38,278 nt of DNA from the IMG/VR virus record IMGVR_UViG_3300031449_000029, positions 1 through 38,278 of that record; one strand, given 5' to 3'. The position numbers and the translations under genes were made by a program. Below are positions 18,978-26,706 of this stretch, one piece after another (the stretch's first letter is position 1; each line of letters starts with the position of its first letter). The notes below the pieces were generated by a model. It was not told the DNA's origin and did no database searches. It saw only the letters and a program-made list of their open reading frames with translations. The DNA comes from a virus. Lineage: Duplodnaviria > Caudoviricetes.

Positions 18978-19906
18978 ACGTGCTCGACCAATACGTGACG
19001 GAGCGCGCCGCGCTCTACAACGGCGACTCCATTGAGATATTCGGCGCGTTGCCGGACAACTCCATTCACCTCAGCGTGAGCTCTCCGCCGTTTTCGCAGT
19101 TGTACATCTACTCAGAGTCCGAACGCGACTGCGGCAACAGCGCCGACGACGCCGAGTTTTTCCAGCACTACGACCACCTCATCCGGGAACTGTACCGCGC
19201 GACCGTGCCGGGGCGGCTGGCGGCGGTCCACTGCAAACAACTCGTCAATTACAAAGGGCGCGACGGCGCGGCCGGGCTGCGCGACTTCCGGGGCGAGATT
19301 ATCCGCCGCTACACGGAGGCGGGCTGGCAGTACCACTCCGAGGTCGTCGTCTGGACCGATCCCGTCCACGAGATGCAGCGCACTAAGGCGCATGGCCTGC
19401 TCTACAAACAGATCCGCGCGGACGCCTCGTTCAGCCGTCAGGGCATGCCCGAGTACCTCGTGGTGTTCCGCAAGTGGCCGAAAACAGAGGCCGAGGAGGC
19501 GCTTGTCGATCCGGTGACGCACACGCGCGAGGGGTTTCCGTTGGACGTGTGGCAGCGGTACGCGTCCCCGGTGTGGTTCGATATCGCGCGCACGGACGTG
19601 CTCAACGTCCAGCTGGCGCGCGAGGACCGCGACGAGAAGCACATATGCCCGCTCCAACTCAGGGTCATTGAGCGCGTCGTCGAATTGTGGAGCAACCCCG
19701 GCGACATTGTGGCCGACCCATTCGCCGGCATCGCGAGTACAGGAGTGACGGCGCTCAAAATGGGGCGGTGCTTCGTCGGCGGGGAACTCAAGCCAGCCTA
19801 CTTCAAACAGGGCGTGCGGTTCCTGCGCGACCAGGAGGCGGCCGGGATGCAGCCGACACTCTTCGATGAGGACGTGTTGGGCGCGCTTATGGGGGCGGCG
19901 TCATGA
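18974..19906 (+). CDS. DNA methyltransferase (N4-C/N6-A, beta class)
   Basis: SPPF catalytic motif before DPFAGIASTG SAM-binding motif; KHICPLQL. Confidence 0.9.
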   Translation: MNVLDQYVTERAALYNGDSIEIFGALPDNSIHLSVSSPPFSQLYIYSESERDCGNSADDAEFFQHYDHLIRELYRATVPGRLAAVHCKQLVNYKGRDGAAGLRDFRGEIIRRYTEAGWQYHSEVVVWTDPVHEMQRTKAHGLLYKQIRADASFSRQGMPEYLVVFRKWPKTEAEEALVDPVTHTREGFPLDVWQRYASPVWFDIARTDVLNVQLAREDRDEKHICPLQLRVIERVVELWSNPGDIVADPFAGIASTGVTALKMGRCFVGGELKPAYFKQGVRFLRDQEAAGMQPTLFDEDVLGALMGAAS

Positions 19907-20208
19907 CCCCACAAACCGACCTCTTTGGCGACACGCGGACGATGCCCGTCCTCGCGCCCCTGGGCCGCGAGACCATGCAACAGCGTCACGCGCGCCGCCT
20001 CGCGCACGACCGCCACCCCCTGACCAACCTGCCCCTGTGCGGCATTGAGGGCGCGACATGTGGGAATTGCCAGCACCGCTTTCGTCGGGGCGGCGGGGCG
20101 CGGAGCTACAACAAGTGCGACCTGATGCGGAATACGGGCGGCCCGGGGACGGACCTACGGTTGAAATGGCCGGGATGCATGTCGTGGAAAGGGAAGGTAG
20201 GCACATGA
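19903..20208 (+). CDS. Hypothetical Cys-rich protein
   Basis: TCGNCQH...KC...WPGC; coupled overlaps. Confidence 0.65.
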   Translation: MTPQTDLFGDTRTMPVLAPLGRETMQQRHARRLAHDRHPLTNLPLCGIEGATCGNCQHRFRRGGGARSYNKCDLMRNTGGPGTDLRLKWPGCMSWKGKVGT

Positions 20209-20447
20209 CACAACACAAATCTAATAGGGAAGCGGCGGTGATGACGCGCTATGAAGCCGAAGATAAAGCACACGCGTTGGGGCACAAACTGAGCCCATGG
20301 ACGACCGAGAAAAATACAACCGTCACTCAATCTGTTGCGCGTTGCGTGATCCCCGCGTGTGGCGCCATGGTCTTTGTGTTCGTAGATGGACCGCGCCAAT
20401 CCCAATGGTATCCGGGCAGCGCCGTCAGGCACGAGTGCGGGCAATGA
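20205..20447 (+). CDS. Small His/Cys repeat-family protein, paralogue 1
   Basis: MTRYEAEDKAHALGHKLSPW...CVIPACG...C. Confidence 0.65.
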   Translation: MTQHKSNREAAVMTRYEAEDKAHALGHKLSPWTTEKNTTVTQSVARCVIPACGAMVFVFVDGPRQSQWYPGSAVRHECGQ

Positions 20448-20920
20448 GCCGTCCCCATCGCCCCGGAGACCGCGTGCTCTATCGCCGCGCGCACACGTAC
20501 ACCCGCCGGCATCACCGCGCCATCGCGGCCGGATTGCTGGTGGGCGCGCTGCTGCTGGCCCCGATGCGAAGCACGGCGCACGCGGCTGACCTTGTGGCCC
20601 CCTCGCTCGACGCGTGGGCGGCGGCCTACGGTATCCCGGCGGCGTCGATGGAGGCGCTGGCGTGGTGCGAGAGTGGCGGCGACCCAAACGCGTACAACGC
20701 GGTGAGCGGCGCGCACGGGGTGCTCCAGTTTTTGCCCGGATCGTTCGCGCAAGGGGAAGCGATGCTCAACGCCGACCCGACCCTTGCGCCAAACCTGTCA
20801 ACCTTTGACCCCGAATATCGGGGGATCGACAGTTACGACGCGCAAGCGCACGTCGCGGCATGGCTCATTTACCGGGGATACGCGGCGTGGTGGAGTTGCG
20901 CCGGGAGGGCGGGATTGTGA
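20444..20920 (+). CDS. Secreted or membrane-anchored SLT-like lytic transglycosylase
   Basis: Hydrophobic segment ending AHA; LAWCESGGDPNAYN..SGAHGVLQFLPGSF. Confidence 0.8.
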   Translation: MSRPHRPGDRVLYRRAHTYTRRHHRAIAAGLLVGALLLAPMRSTAHAADLVAPSLDAWAAAYGIPAASMEALAWCESGGDPNAYNAVSGAHGVLQFLPGSFAQGEAMLNADPTLAPNLSTFDPEYRGIDSYDAQAHVAAWLIYRGYAAWWSCAGRAGL

Positions 20921-21747
20921 TGAGAACGAACGTCGCCGTAGAGCTTCGCGTACATCGGACGCCGGAGCAGGCGCGCACCGAGGGGGCTCCGTGCCGCACG
21001 TGCGGCACGCCCATCGTGGGCGACCTGGTGCTGTGGATCAAGGGGGTCATCGGTCGGCAGTGCCGCGTCTGCCACAATGTTGACAACGCGCGGCGCGCCC
21101 GGATGTATCACGCCCGGAGCATGGCCGCGCGTGACGCCGCTCTGGCCGCCCGCGCCGAAGACCACGCAGCGCGCGTGGCGGTGCTCCGGGCCGACCCAGA
21201 CCCCGGACCGACGCGCCTGCCGGTCGCCACGCCCCGCGCCGTGCGGGCGCGGGCGCGCGCCGTCATCGCCGCCGTGACCGCCTACTACCGCCTAGACGCC
21301 GCCGCGCTGACGTGTCCAGGGCGCGGCCGGGAGGTGTCCGAGGCGCGGCAGGTGGCGTGCTACCTCCTGCGCCGCGACTATGGCCTGACCTACAGCGAGA
21401 TCGGCGGCCACCTCCAGCGCGACCACTCGACGGTCATGCACGGCGTGGAGCGTATCACGACGGCCCTCCTCGCGGCCGACGACGGCGCGGGCGACCCGGC
21501 CGTGATGACAGCCGTGGCGCAGATCCGGGAGGAGGTGGCGGCGCTGCGCGTGACGCCCGTGCCGGGCCGTGTGGTCGCGCACAGACCAACCCCGCCGACG
21601 CGCCCCGCGCGGATCGTGGAGACGCGCGCGCCCCAAACGGTTATCACCGCGCGCGCCGACCATGAGACGCGGGAGCAGGCGTACTGGCGGCGGCGCGATC
21701 TGTTACGGGAACTGGGGCGCGACACCGCGTACGCCCGCGCCTACTAG
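20920..21747 (+). CDS. Zinc-finger plus DnaA domain IV (C-terminal HTH) protein
   Basis: CRTC...CRVC; EARQVACYLLRRDYGLTYSEIGGHLQRDHSTVMHG matches the DnaA signature; no AAA+ domain. Confidence 0.8.
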   Translation: MRTNVAVELRVHRTPEQARTEGAPCRTCGTPIVGDLVLWIKGVIGRQCRVCHNVDNARRARMYHARSMAARDAALAARAEDHAARVAVLRADPDPGPTRLPVATPRAVRARARAVIAAVTAYYRLDAAALTCPGRGREVSEARQVACYLLRRDYGLTYSEIGGHLQRDHSTVMHGVERITTALLAADDGAGDPAVMTAVAQIREEVAALRVTPVPGRVVAHRPTPPTRPARIVETRAPQTVITARADHETREQAYWRRRDLLRELGRDTAYARAY

Positions 21748-21927
21748 TGCGCGAAGGGAGTTCGTTTGACGAACAACACGTATACTCATCGACAGAAGGG
21801 CCTGGGAGCACGGGAGACGGCGTGTGCGGCGTTTCTGGACGCTGGTGGGACTAGAATGGCTCCTGCCGCACAGCGGGGCTGTAGCGTGGCTCCTGGTGAC
21901 GCGGGCACGTGGAGGGGAGGACTAGGG

Positions 21928-22392
21928 ATGCCAGGACAGAACCGATTCTACGATGAGGACATGGAGGCGATGCGCGCGCTGTATCGGGACGTGTTCGGCG
22001 TGGAACCGGAGACGCAACCGGACGCCGCGTATCGCCTGCGTCAAGAGAATGTGGGGCGGCCGTTGCCGACCGACACGCTAGCCGACATACAAGCGGCCAC
22101 CGATAGGCTCGCACGACAGATGGCGGCTGTCGTGCCCGCGCGGGACGAGGAGACAGGCAGCATGACGCGGGACGAGGCGATGCGGCGGGCCACCGCGCTC
22201 GGTCATCGGATGGGTAGGTGGATGTACCGCGGTCCGGGCGCGATGTACGCCATCGCCTTCTGCCAAGCGTGCGGGCAAAACGCCTGCGTCTACCAGGAGG
22301 GCCAGCCGTGGTACCCCTCCGGGCTGGCGCTCACAGGGACATGTCAGCCCCACTCGACTCCGGTTGATGTCGCGATGCGGAGTCAGCAATGA
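21928..22392 (+). CDS. Hypothetical protein with C-terminal His/Cys repeat domain, paralogue 2
   Basis: GGAGG RBS; internal MTRDEAMRRATALGHRMGRW...CQACG...C from 22162. Confidence 0.65.
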   Translation: MPGQNRFYDEDMEAMRALYRDVFGVEPETQPDAAYRLRQENVGRPLPTDTLADIQAATDRLARQMAAVVPARDEETGSMTRDEAMRRATALGHRMGRWMYRGPGAMYAIAFCQACGQNACVYQEGQPWYPSGLALTGTCQPHSTPVDVAMRSQQ

Positions 22393-22586
22393 CGGAACGT
22401 GAAGAGCGGCGGACGGTGCGCTACTGTCCCCACTGTCACGCGCCCCTGTGGGCCGTGCGGAGCCGCGTGCTGGGTAACCGTGGCGGCTGGCTCTGGTTCC
22501 CGCGCGGCTTCCCGGAGGACGGCCAGTGTGCGGTGTGCGTGGGCGGTGTGCGCGGTGATAAGGCGCTTAGAGAGGTGCGGGGATGA
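22389..22586 (+). CDS. Small zinc-ribbon protein
   Basis: CPHC...CAVC; coupled overlaps. Confidence 0.6.
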   Translation: MTEREERRTVRYCPHCHAPLWAVRSRVLGNRGGWLWFPRGFPEDGQCAVCVGGVRGDKALREVRG

Positions 22587-22798
22587 CGCGGGAAGAACGG
22601 GACGTACTTATCAAGGTGGCGGCGAAACACCCCGACGAAGTAGCGCGGGTGTTGGCGGACGCGTTGGACGCGGGCGCTGATAGGCTGGGCCGCTCGCTCG
22701 CGGCGCGCCTGGCGCGGACGCTCGCTACCGATACGTTCAAGGCCTACATCGGCATCCTCGGCCTGGATGATCTCGTCGGGCCGGGGGCTATCAGATGA
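22583..22798 (+). CDS. Hypothetical protein
   Basis: ATGA overlaps at both ends. Confidence 0.6.
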   Translation: MTREERDVLIKVAAKHPDEVARVLADALDAGADRLGRSLAARLARTLATDTFKAYIGILGLDDLVGPGAIR

Positions 22799-23027
22799 GC
22801 TATACATACGTGCTACTGACCGTATCACCGCGCTGCTACGAGGAGATCGCTGACAAGCTGCGTGTGGCGGGCTACGATCAGGCGTTCGATGACGATGGCA
22901 CGATTGACCTGCACGGCCTGGCGCTGCCCCGGCCTGAGCCGGACGCGATGCCGCGAGAAGTGGAGGCCAGGACAATGACGCGCGATGAGGCTGAAAAACT
23001 CGGCGCGGATAACGGCCATGACCTGTT
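22795..23027 (+). pseudogene. Hypothetical gene ending in a His/Cys repeat module (paralogue 3) interrupted by mini-IS copy 2
   Basis: MTRDEAEKLGADNGHDLL then runs into the element at 23028. Confidence 0.65.
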
Positions 23028-23307
23028 GTCACCTACCCCCCGCTGTCATCGGGTGGGCTTGCCCTCACTCACCAACCCCATTAGCTGGCTTTCGGGCTTC
23101 CCCTCTGGCGAACCAGAGAGCATCCCTTTCGGGATGGGGCCGGGTGATCTGATGTCCAGTCGCCCCTCACGAGGATCGGCTTCCGCTACTCTGGACCGGC
23201 CCGTCCGGAGTCACCCGGACAAAGAGGGGACCGGGCATCAAAAAGACCCCGTTCCCCGCTGCGCTGGAAGCCGTTTCACCATCGCTGGTGTGCCTAATCG
23301 CGCACCC
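23028..23307 (-). ncRNA. Structured omegaRNA-like RNA, copy 2
   Basis: TGGTATAAT at 23318-23310; compensatory changes relative to copy 1. Confidence 0.65.
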
Positions 23308-23379
23308 TTATTATACCACTTTTGAGGCGTCCGTGGCTCACAGCAGGTGTGGGCTCCCGCCCCTGAAGGGTAAACCACC
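23028..23379 (-). mobile_element. Non-autonomous IS200/IS605-type mini-element, copy 2 (352 bp)
   Basis: Colinear with 8455-8822; same GCCAC target and TGAC right end; left-end hairpin apparently deleted. Confidence 0.82.
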
Positions 23380-23385
23380 GTGGCC

Positions 23386-23836
23386 TGCGTGGCGATGGAG
23401 CACGCCTACGATGCGTGGGTCGCGGCCCATCAGCTGCGTCGGCATTGGGAAGGCTATCGATCTCTGTCGATGCGGGGCGTCGTGGTAGAGGGGCCAGACA
23501 CGCCGACGACGAGAGAGGGAGAGGGGGACCGATGACGCCGGAGGAGATTCAGGAGCGGATTGACCGGGCCTACGCCATGCTCGGATGCGCGGCGCGCCTG
23601 GGTGACGCGGCCCACGCGCTGCGCGGTGACACGGTTTTCCACAGCGCGACGCTGGCTGAGTCGGGGCGCTGCCGGTGCGTCGGGTGCGTGGCGATGGGAC
23701 ACGCTTACGATGCCTGGGTCGCGGCCCATCAGTTGTGTCGGCATTGGGAAGGCTATCGATCCCTGTCGATGCGGGGTGTCGCGGTAGAGGGGCCAGACAC
23801 GCCGACCAAGAGAGAGGGAGAGGGGGTCTGATGACG
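23386..23836 (+). repeat. ~150-bp imperfect direct duplication (23386-23537 and 23685-23836)
   Basis: Both copies read TGCGTGGCGATGG...GAGAGGGAGAGGGGG..ATGACG with scattered substitutions. Confidence 0.9.
23532..23831 (+). CDS. Hypothetical protein
   Basis: Purine-rich RBS, MTPEEIQ start, CRCVGC motif. Confidence 0.6.
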   Translation: MTPEEIQERIDRAYAMLGCAARLGDAAHALRGDTVFHSATLAESGRCRCVGCVAMGHAYDAWVAAHQLCRHWEGYRSLSMRGVAVEGPDTPTKREGEGV

Positions 23837-24094
23837 CGCGATGAGGCGGAGCAGTGGGCGCGGGCGGTGGGGCACGACCTGGGGCCGTGGGTAGAGCGCC
23901 GCGTATGGCCAGAGGGGCACTATCAGGTCGCAGAGTGCCGGACATGTTATGCGCGGGTGACGTTCAGCCTGGACGATGACAGCGGGGCGTTTGTGGGGCC
24001 GGCCGCGCGCTCCGCGTGCCGCGCCGTCATGCGGCTCCTGGTGGCCCCGGTGGTCGAGGTAGAGATAGAGGCGCGGGGGACTGAGGGATGCTGA
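23831..24094 (+). CDS. Small His/Cys repeat-family protein, paralogue 4
   Basis: MTRDEAEQWARAVGHDLGPW...CRTC...C. Confidence 0.65.
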   Translation: MTRDEAEQWARAVGHDLGPWVERRVWPEGHYQVAECRTCYARVTFSLDDDSGAFVGPAARSACRAVMRLLVAPVVEVEIEARGTEGC

Positions 24095-24269
24095 GTTTTT
24101 TGGTGTTGCTGCCGGAGCAGCTTCGGCAGTGGCGGCGTCAGCGGGCCGAGTGGCGCGCGTGGGCGGCGCGGCGGACGTGGATGCGGTTAGAAGTGGTCTA
24201 CGTGCGTGATCATGATGTGCTGGAGAACGCGCTTGCCACCGTGCGTCAGTGAAGGAAGGAGGACTAGCG

Positions 24270-24761
24270 ATGGCGGCGTTACGGGCCAACGTGTCCGCGG
24301 CTGATTCGCTACCGTGGAGCGGGCATATCATGCTGCCCGTTCAGGGGGTTAATCATGCTTACCGGCCGCTGTTGATAAAGCGTGCGGACGGCCATATGGG
24401 CGCGACGATCGGCAAGACGGCGGCGATTAAAGTATGGGCTATTCAGGAGGGCTACAGCCTCGTGGCGCAAAATATCCCCACGCTGCGGCCGACCGATCTT
24501 GTCACGGCGTGTCTGACAGTGACGATACCGGAGGATCGCTATGACGCCGATTCGTACATAAAACTCACGCTCGATCTTCTGGCGACGTATCTGGGCCGCG
24601 TGCATCCCGACACGCCGGCCCGGACCCGCAAGGGGCGCACGGTGTACGCGATGTGGAACGACCTGCGCGTTAGGCGGATGGTGGTGGACAAGCGCATCGA
24701 CAAGACGCGGCCGGGGATCGACGTGACGATTGAGCGGTACGTGGAAGAGGGGGCGGCATGA
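24270..24761 (+). CDS. RusA-like Holliday junction resolvase
   Basis: GVNHAYR, YDADSYIKLTLDLL, WNDLRV and PGIDVTI follow the RusA pattern; AGGAGG RBS. Confidence 0.7.
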   Translation: MAALRANVSAADSLPWSGHIMLPVQGVNHAYRPLLIKRADGHMGATIGKTAAIKVWAIQEGYSLVAQNIPTLRPTDLVTACLTVTIPEDRYDADSYIKLTLDLLATYLGRVHPDTPARTRKGRTVYAMWNDLRVRRMVVDKRIDKTRPGIDVTIERYVEEGAA

Positions 24762-25174
24762 GACGGACAGAAGCGCACGAGATCGCACGGGACAACGGAC
24801 ACCCGCTTGGCGCGTGGATGGACAAAGCGGTCATCAGCGAGAGCCCGCTCTGGGTCGCACGGTGTGCGTGCGGCGCGGTTCGGGCGTCCGACACGGGTGA
24901 GGGAGAGTTGCTGACATCGCTCATGATCGACACCGAGGGCGTCAAGCGGCGGTGCGGCGTCTCGACAAACGAGCGCGAGGCGCTGGCGGCGCTCGAACAC
25001 GAGCAGTGGGCGCACTGGACGCGCTTTCTGCTTGACCATCTCACGCCTGAGACGAGTGAGCGGTGGCGGCGGCAGTGCGACACGCCCTATGCCGCGCTGA
25101 CCGAGGCCGAGAAAGACCAGGATCGGGAATGGGCCGACAAGGTGTTGGCGATTCTGCATGGCGAGGGCGCATGA
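24758..25174 (+). CDS. Protein with N-terminal His/Cys repeat module (paralogue 5) and a C-terminal domain
   Basis: MRRTEAHEIARDNGHPLGAW...CACG...C fused to EHEQWAHW...TPYAALTEAEKDQDREWAD. Confidence 0.7.
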   Translation: MRRTEAHEIARDNGHPLGAWMDKAVISESPLWVARCACGAVRASDTGEGELLTSLMIDTEGVKRRCGVSTNEREALAALEHEQWAHWTRFLLDHLTPETSERWRRQCDTPYAALTEAEKDQDREWADKVLAILHGEGA

Positions 25175-25395
25175 TCGTGCCTGATGGGTCGGCCGCGCTC
25201 CTTGGCCTGCATGACTGGCTGATGGCGGATAGCGGCGCCAACACGGTTGAGGAAGAGGAGGCGACGGCGGTCCTTGCATCGTTCCTCGACGACCGGGGCC
25301 GCGCGTTCAACGAGGGGTTCACGGACGGATGGGACAACGCCATTGCGCATGTGTTGGCTGAGGTCAACCGGCGCATCGCGAAGGGGAGGGGGTAG
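25171..25395 (+). CDS. Hypothetical protein
   Basis: ATGA overlap. Confidence 0.55.
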   Translation: MIVPDGSAALLGLHDWLMADSGANTVEEEEATAVLASFLDDRGRAFNEGFTDGWDNAIAHVLAEVNRRIAKGRG

Positions 25396-25400
25396 GAGCG

Positions 25401-25595
25401 ATGCGTAACCCGTTTAAGCGCCGGCGGCCGTTCGAGAAAGCCGTGGCGGTCGAGGTGGCGACGTTCGGCCGACGCCTAGCTGAGTTGACCGTCGAGGCAC
25501 GCACGCGGGCCATGGGAGACGCCGATCTTGAGCGACGGTACGCCCGCGAGGTTGACCGAGCGACGACACGTATCGTGGGTATCAGGAGGGCATGA
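25401..25595 (+). CDS. Hypothetical protein
   Basis: AGGAG RBS; coupled to next gene. Confidence 0.55.
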   Translation: MRNPFKRRRPFEKAVAVEVATFGRRLAELTVEARTRAMGDADLERRYAREVDRATTRIVGIRRA

Positions 25596-26206
25596 TGCGA
25601 TTTTACATTGACACGGAGTTCATCGTTCCACCGGCCGAGATGGGCCGGTCAATCAGCCTGCTCTCGATCGGCATCGTGGCCGAGGATGAGCGCGAGATGT
25701 ACGCGCAGCATGCCCAGGCGGATTTCGCGCTCGCCGACGCGTTCGTGCGCGCTCAGGTGCTCCCACACCTCGTGGCCTGCCCGTATCAGCCCAATCTCTC
25801 TCTGCTCACACAACCCTCGTGGCACACCTACGATGGAGGCGGCGAGCGAAAGGCGCGCGTTCGGTGTGCGGCCGATTGTCCGTGGCGCTCTCAGGAGGAG
25901 CTGCGCGACGCCGTGTACGGGTTCATATCAGCCTACGACGGTCGCCCTGAGTTTTGGGGCGACGCAACCGCTTTCGACTATGTGGCCCTGTCGTGGCTGT
26001 TCGGGGATATGGCCGATTGGCCGTCTGGTTGGCCCTACCACATCAACGACATTCAGACGCTGGACACGCTCTATTGCGGCGTCACGCTGCCCGCGCATGG
26101 CGCTGACGAGCACGGCGCGCTGGCCGATGCGCGGTGGGTGCGTGCCGCATACCACGCGTTCATGGACCGTATAGAGATGGACGTTGGAACGCGCGAGAGG
26201 GCCTGA
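25592..26206 (+). CDS. DEDD 3'-5' exonuclease (Rv2179c-like)
   Basis: FYIDTEF, LLSIGIVAED, AFDYVAL, HGALADARW. Confidence 0.85.
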   Translation: MMRFYIDTEFIVPPAEMGRSISLLSIGIVAEDEREMYAQHAQADFALADAFVRAQVLPHLVACPYQPNLSLLTQPSWHTYDGGGERKARVRCAADCPWRSQEELRDAVYGFISAYDGRPEFWGDATAFDYVALSWLFGDMADWPSGWPYHINDIQTLDTLYCGVTLPAHGADEHGALADARWVRAAYHAFMDRIEMDVGTRERA

Positions 26207-26208
26207 CG

Positions 26209-26394
26209 TTGGACCTTGACCGCTGGATCGCCCAGGCCCGCGCGCAAGGCTGGACGGTCGAGCCGACGCGCAACGGCCACTTGTGGTGGCGGCGGCCGGA
26301 CGGCATGGCGACGGTGACGGGGGTGCGCTTGGGCGATGCACGGGCGCTGTGGAACGCGCGGGCGCAGTTGCGGCGGGCGGGGCTGCGAATATGA
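26209..26394 (+). CDS. HicA-like small protein
   Basis: ARAQGWTVEPTRNGHLWWRRPDG...NARAQLRRAGL; TTG start inferred. Confidence 0.6.
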   Translation: MDLDRWIAQARAQGWTVEPTRNGHLWWRRPDGMATVTGVRLGDARALWNARAQLRRAGLRI

Positions 26395-26517
26395 GCGCAA
26401 CAAGCGAAACGAGCGCCAGCGGATATTTTCGCTAGCGCTCCGCTGTCTGGTGTCGTACAATGTTCATTGGATGTACTGAATGTTCGATGCACGGATAAAG
26501 ACAGGAGAGGCGAGGAT

Positions 26518-26706
26518 GTGGCGACGGAAAAAGTGACGGTGCGGGTGCCGGTGGAAGTGGTCGAGGCGATGCGCGGGATGGCCCAGGCGCACGACCGCTC
26601 TATGGCGCGGGAGATCACGTTCGCGCTGCGGCAGTATTTGGCGGAGTTAGCGGGGCGTGGGGCGGGGACGCAACGCATGCGTGGTACAGAGAGGGATCTG
26701 ACGTGA
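26518..26706 (+). CDS. Arc-like ribbon-helix-helix regulator
   Basis: KVTVRVPVEVVEAMRGMAQAHDRSMAREITFALRQY; TACAAT at 26456 upstream. Confidence 0.8.
   Translation: MATEKVTVRVPVEVVEAMRGMAQAHDRSMAREITFALRQYLAELAGRGAGTQRMRGTERDLT

Noticed and set aside
17586-19906. Helicase plus methylase as a novel restriction or defence system
   Set aside because: This pair is common in phage genomes and no nuclease is adjacent.
23386-23836. DGR template/variable repeat pair
   Set aside because: Mismatches are mostly C/T and G/C rather than adenine-specific, and no reverse transcriptase is present.
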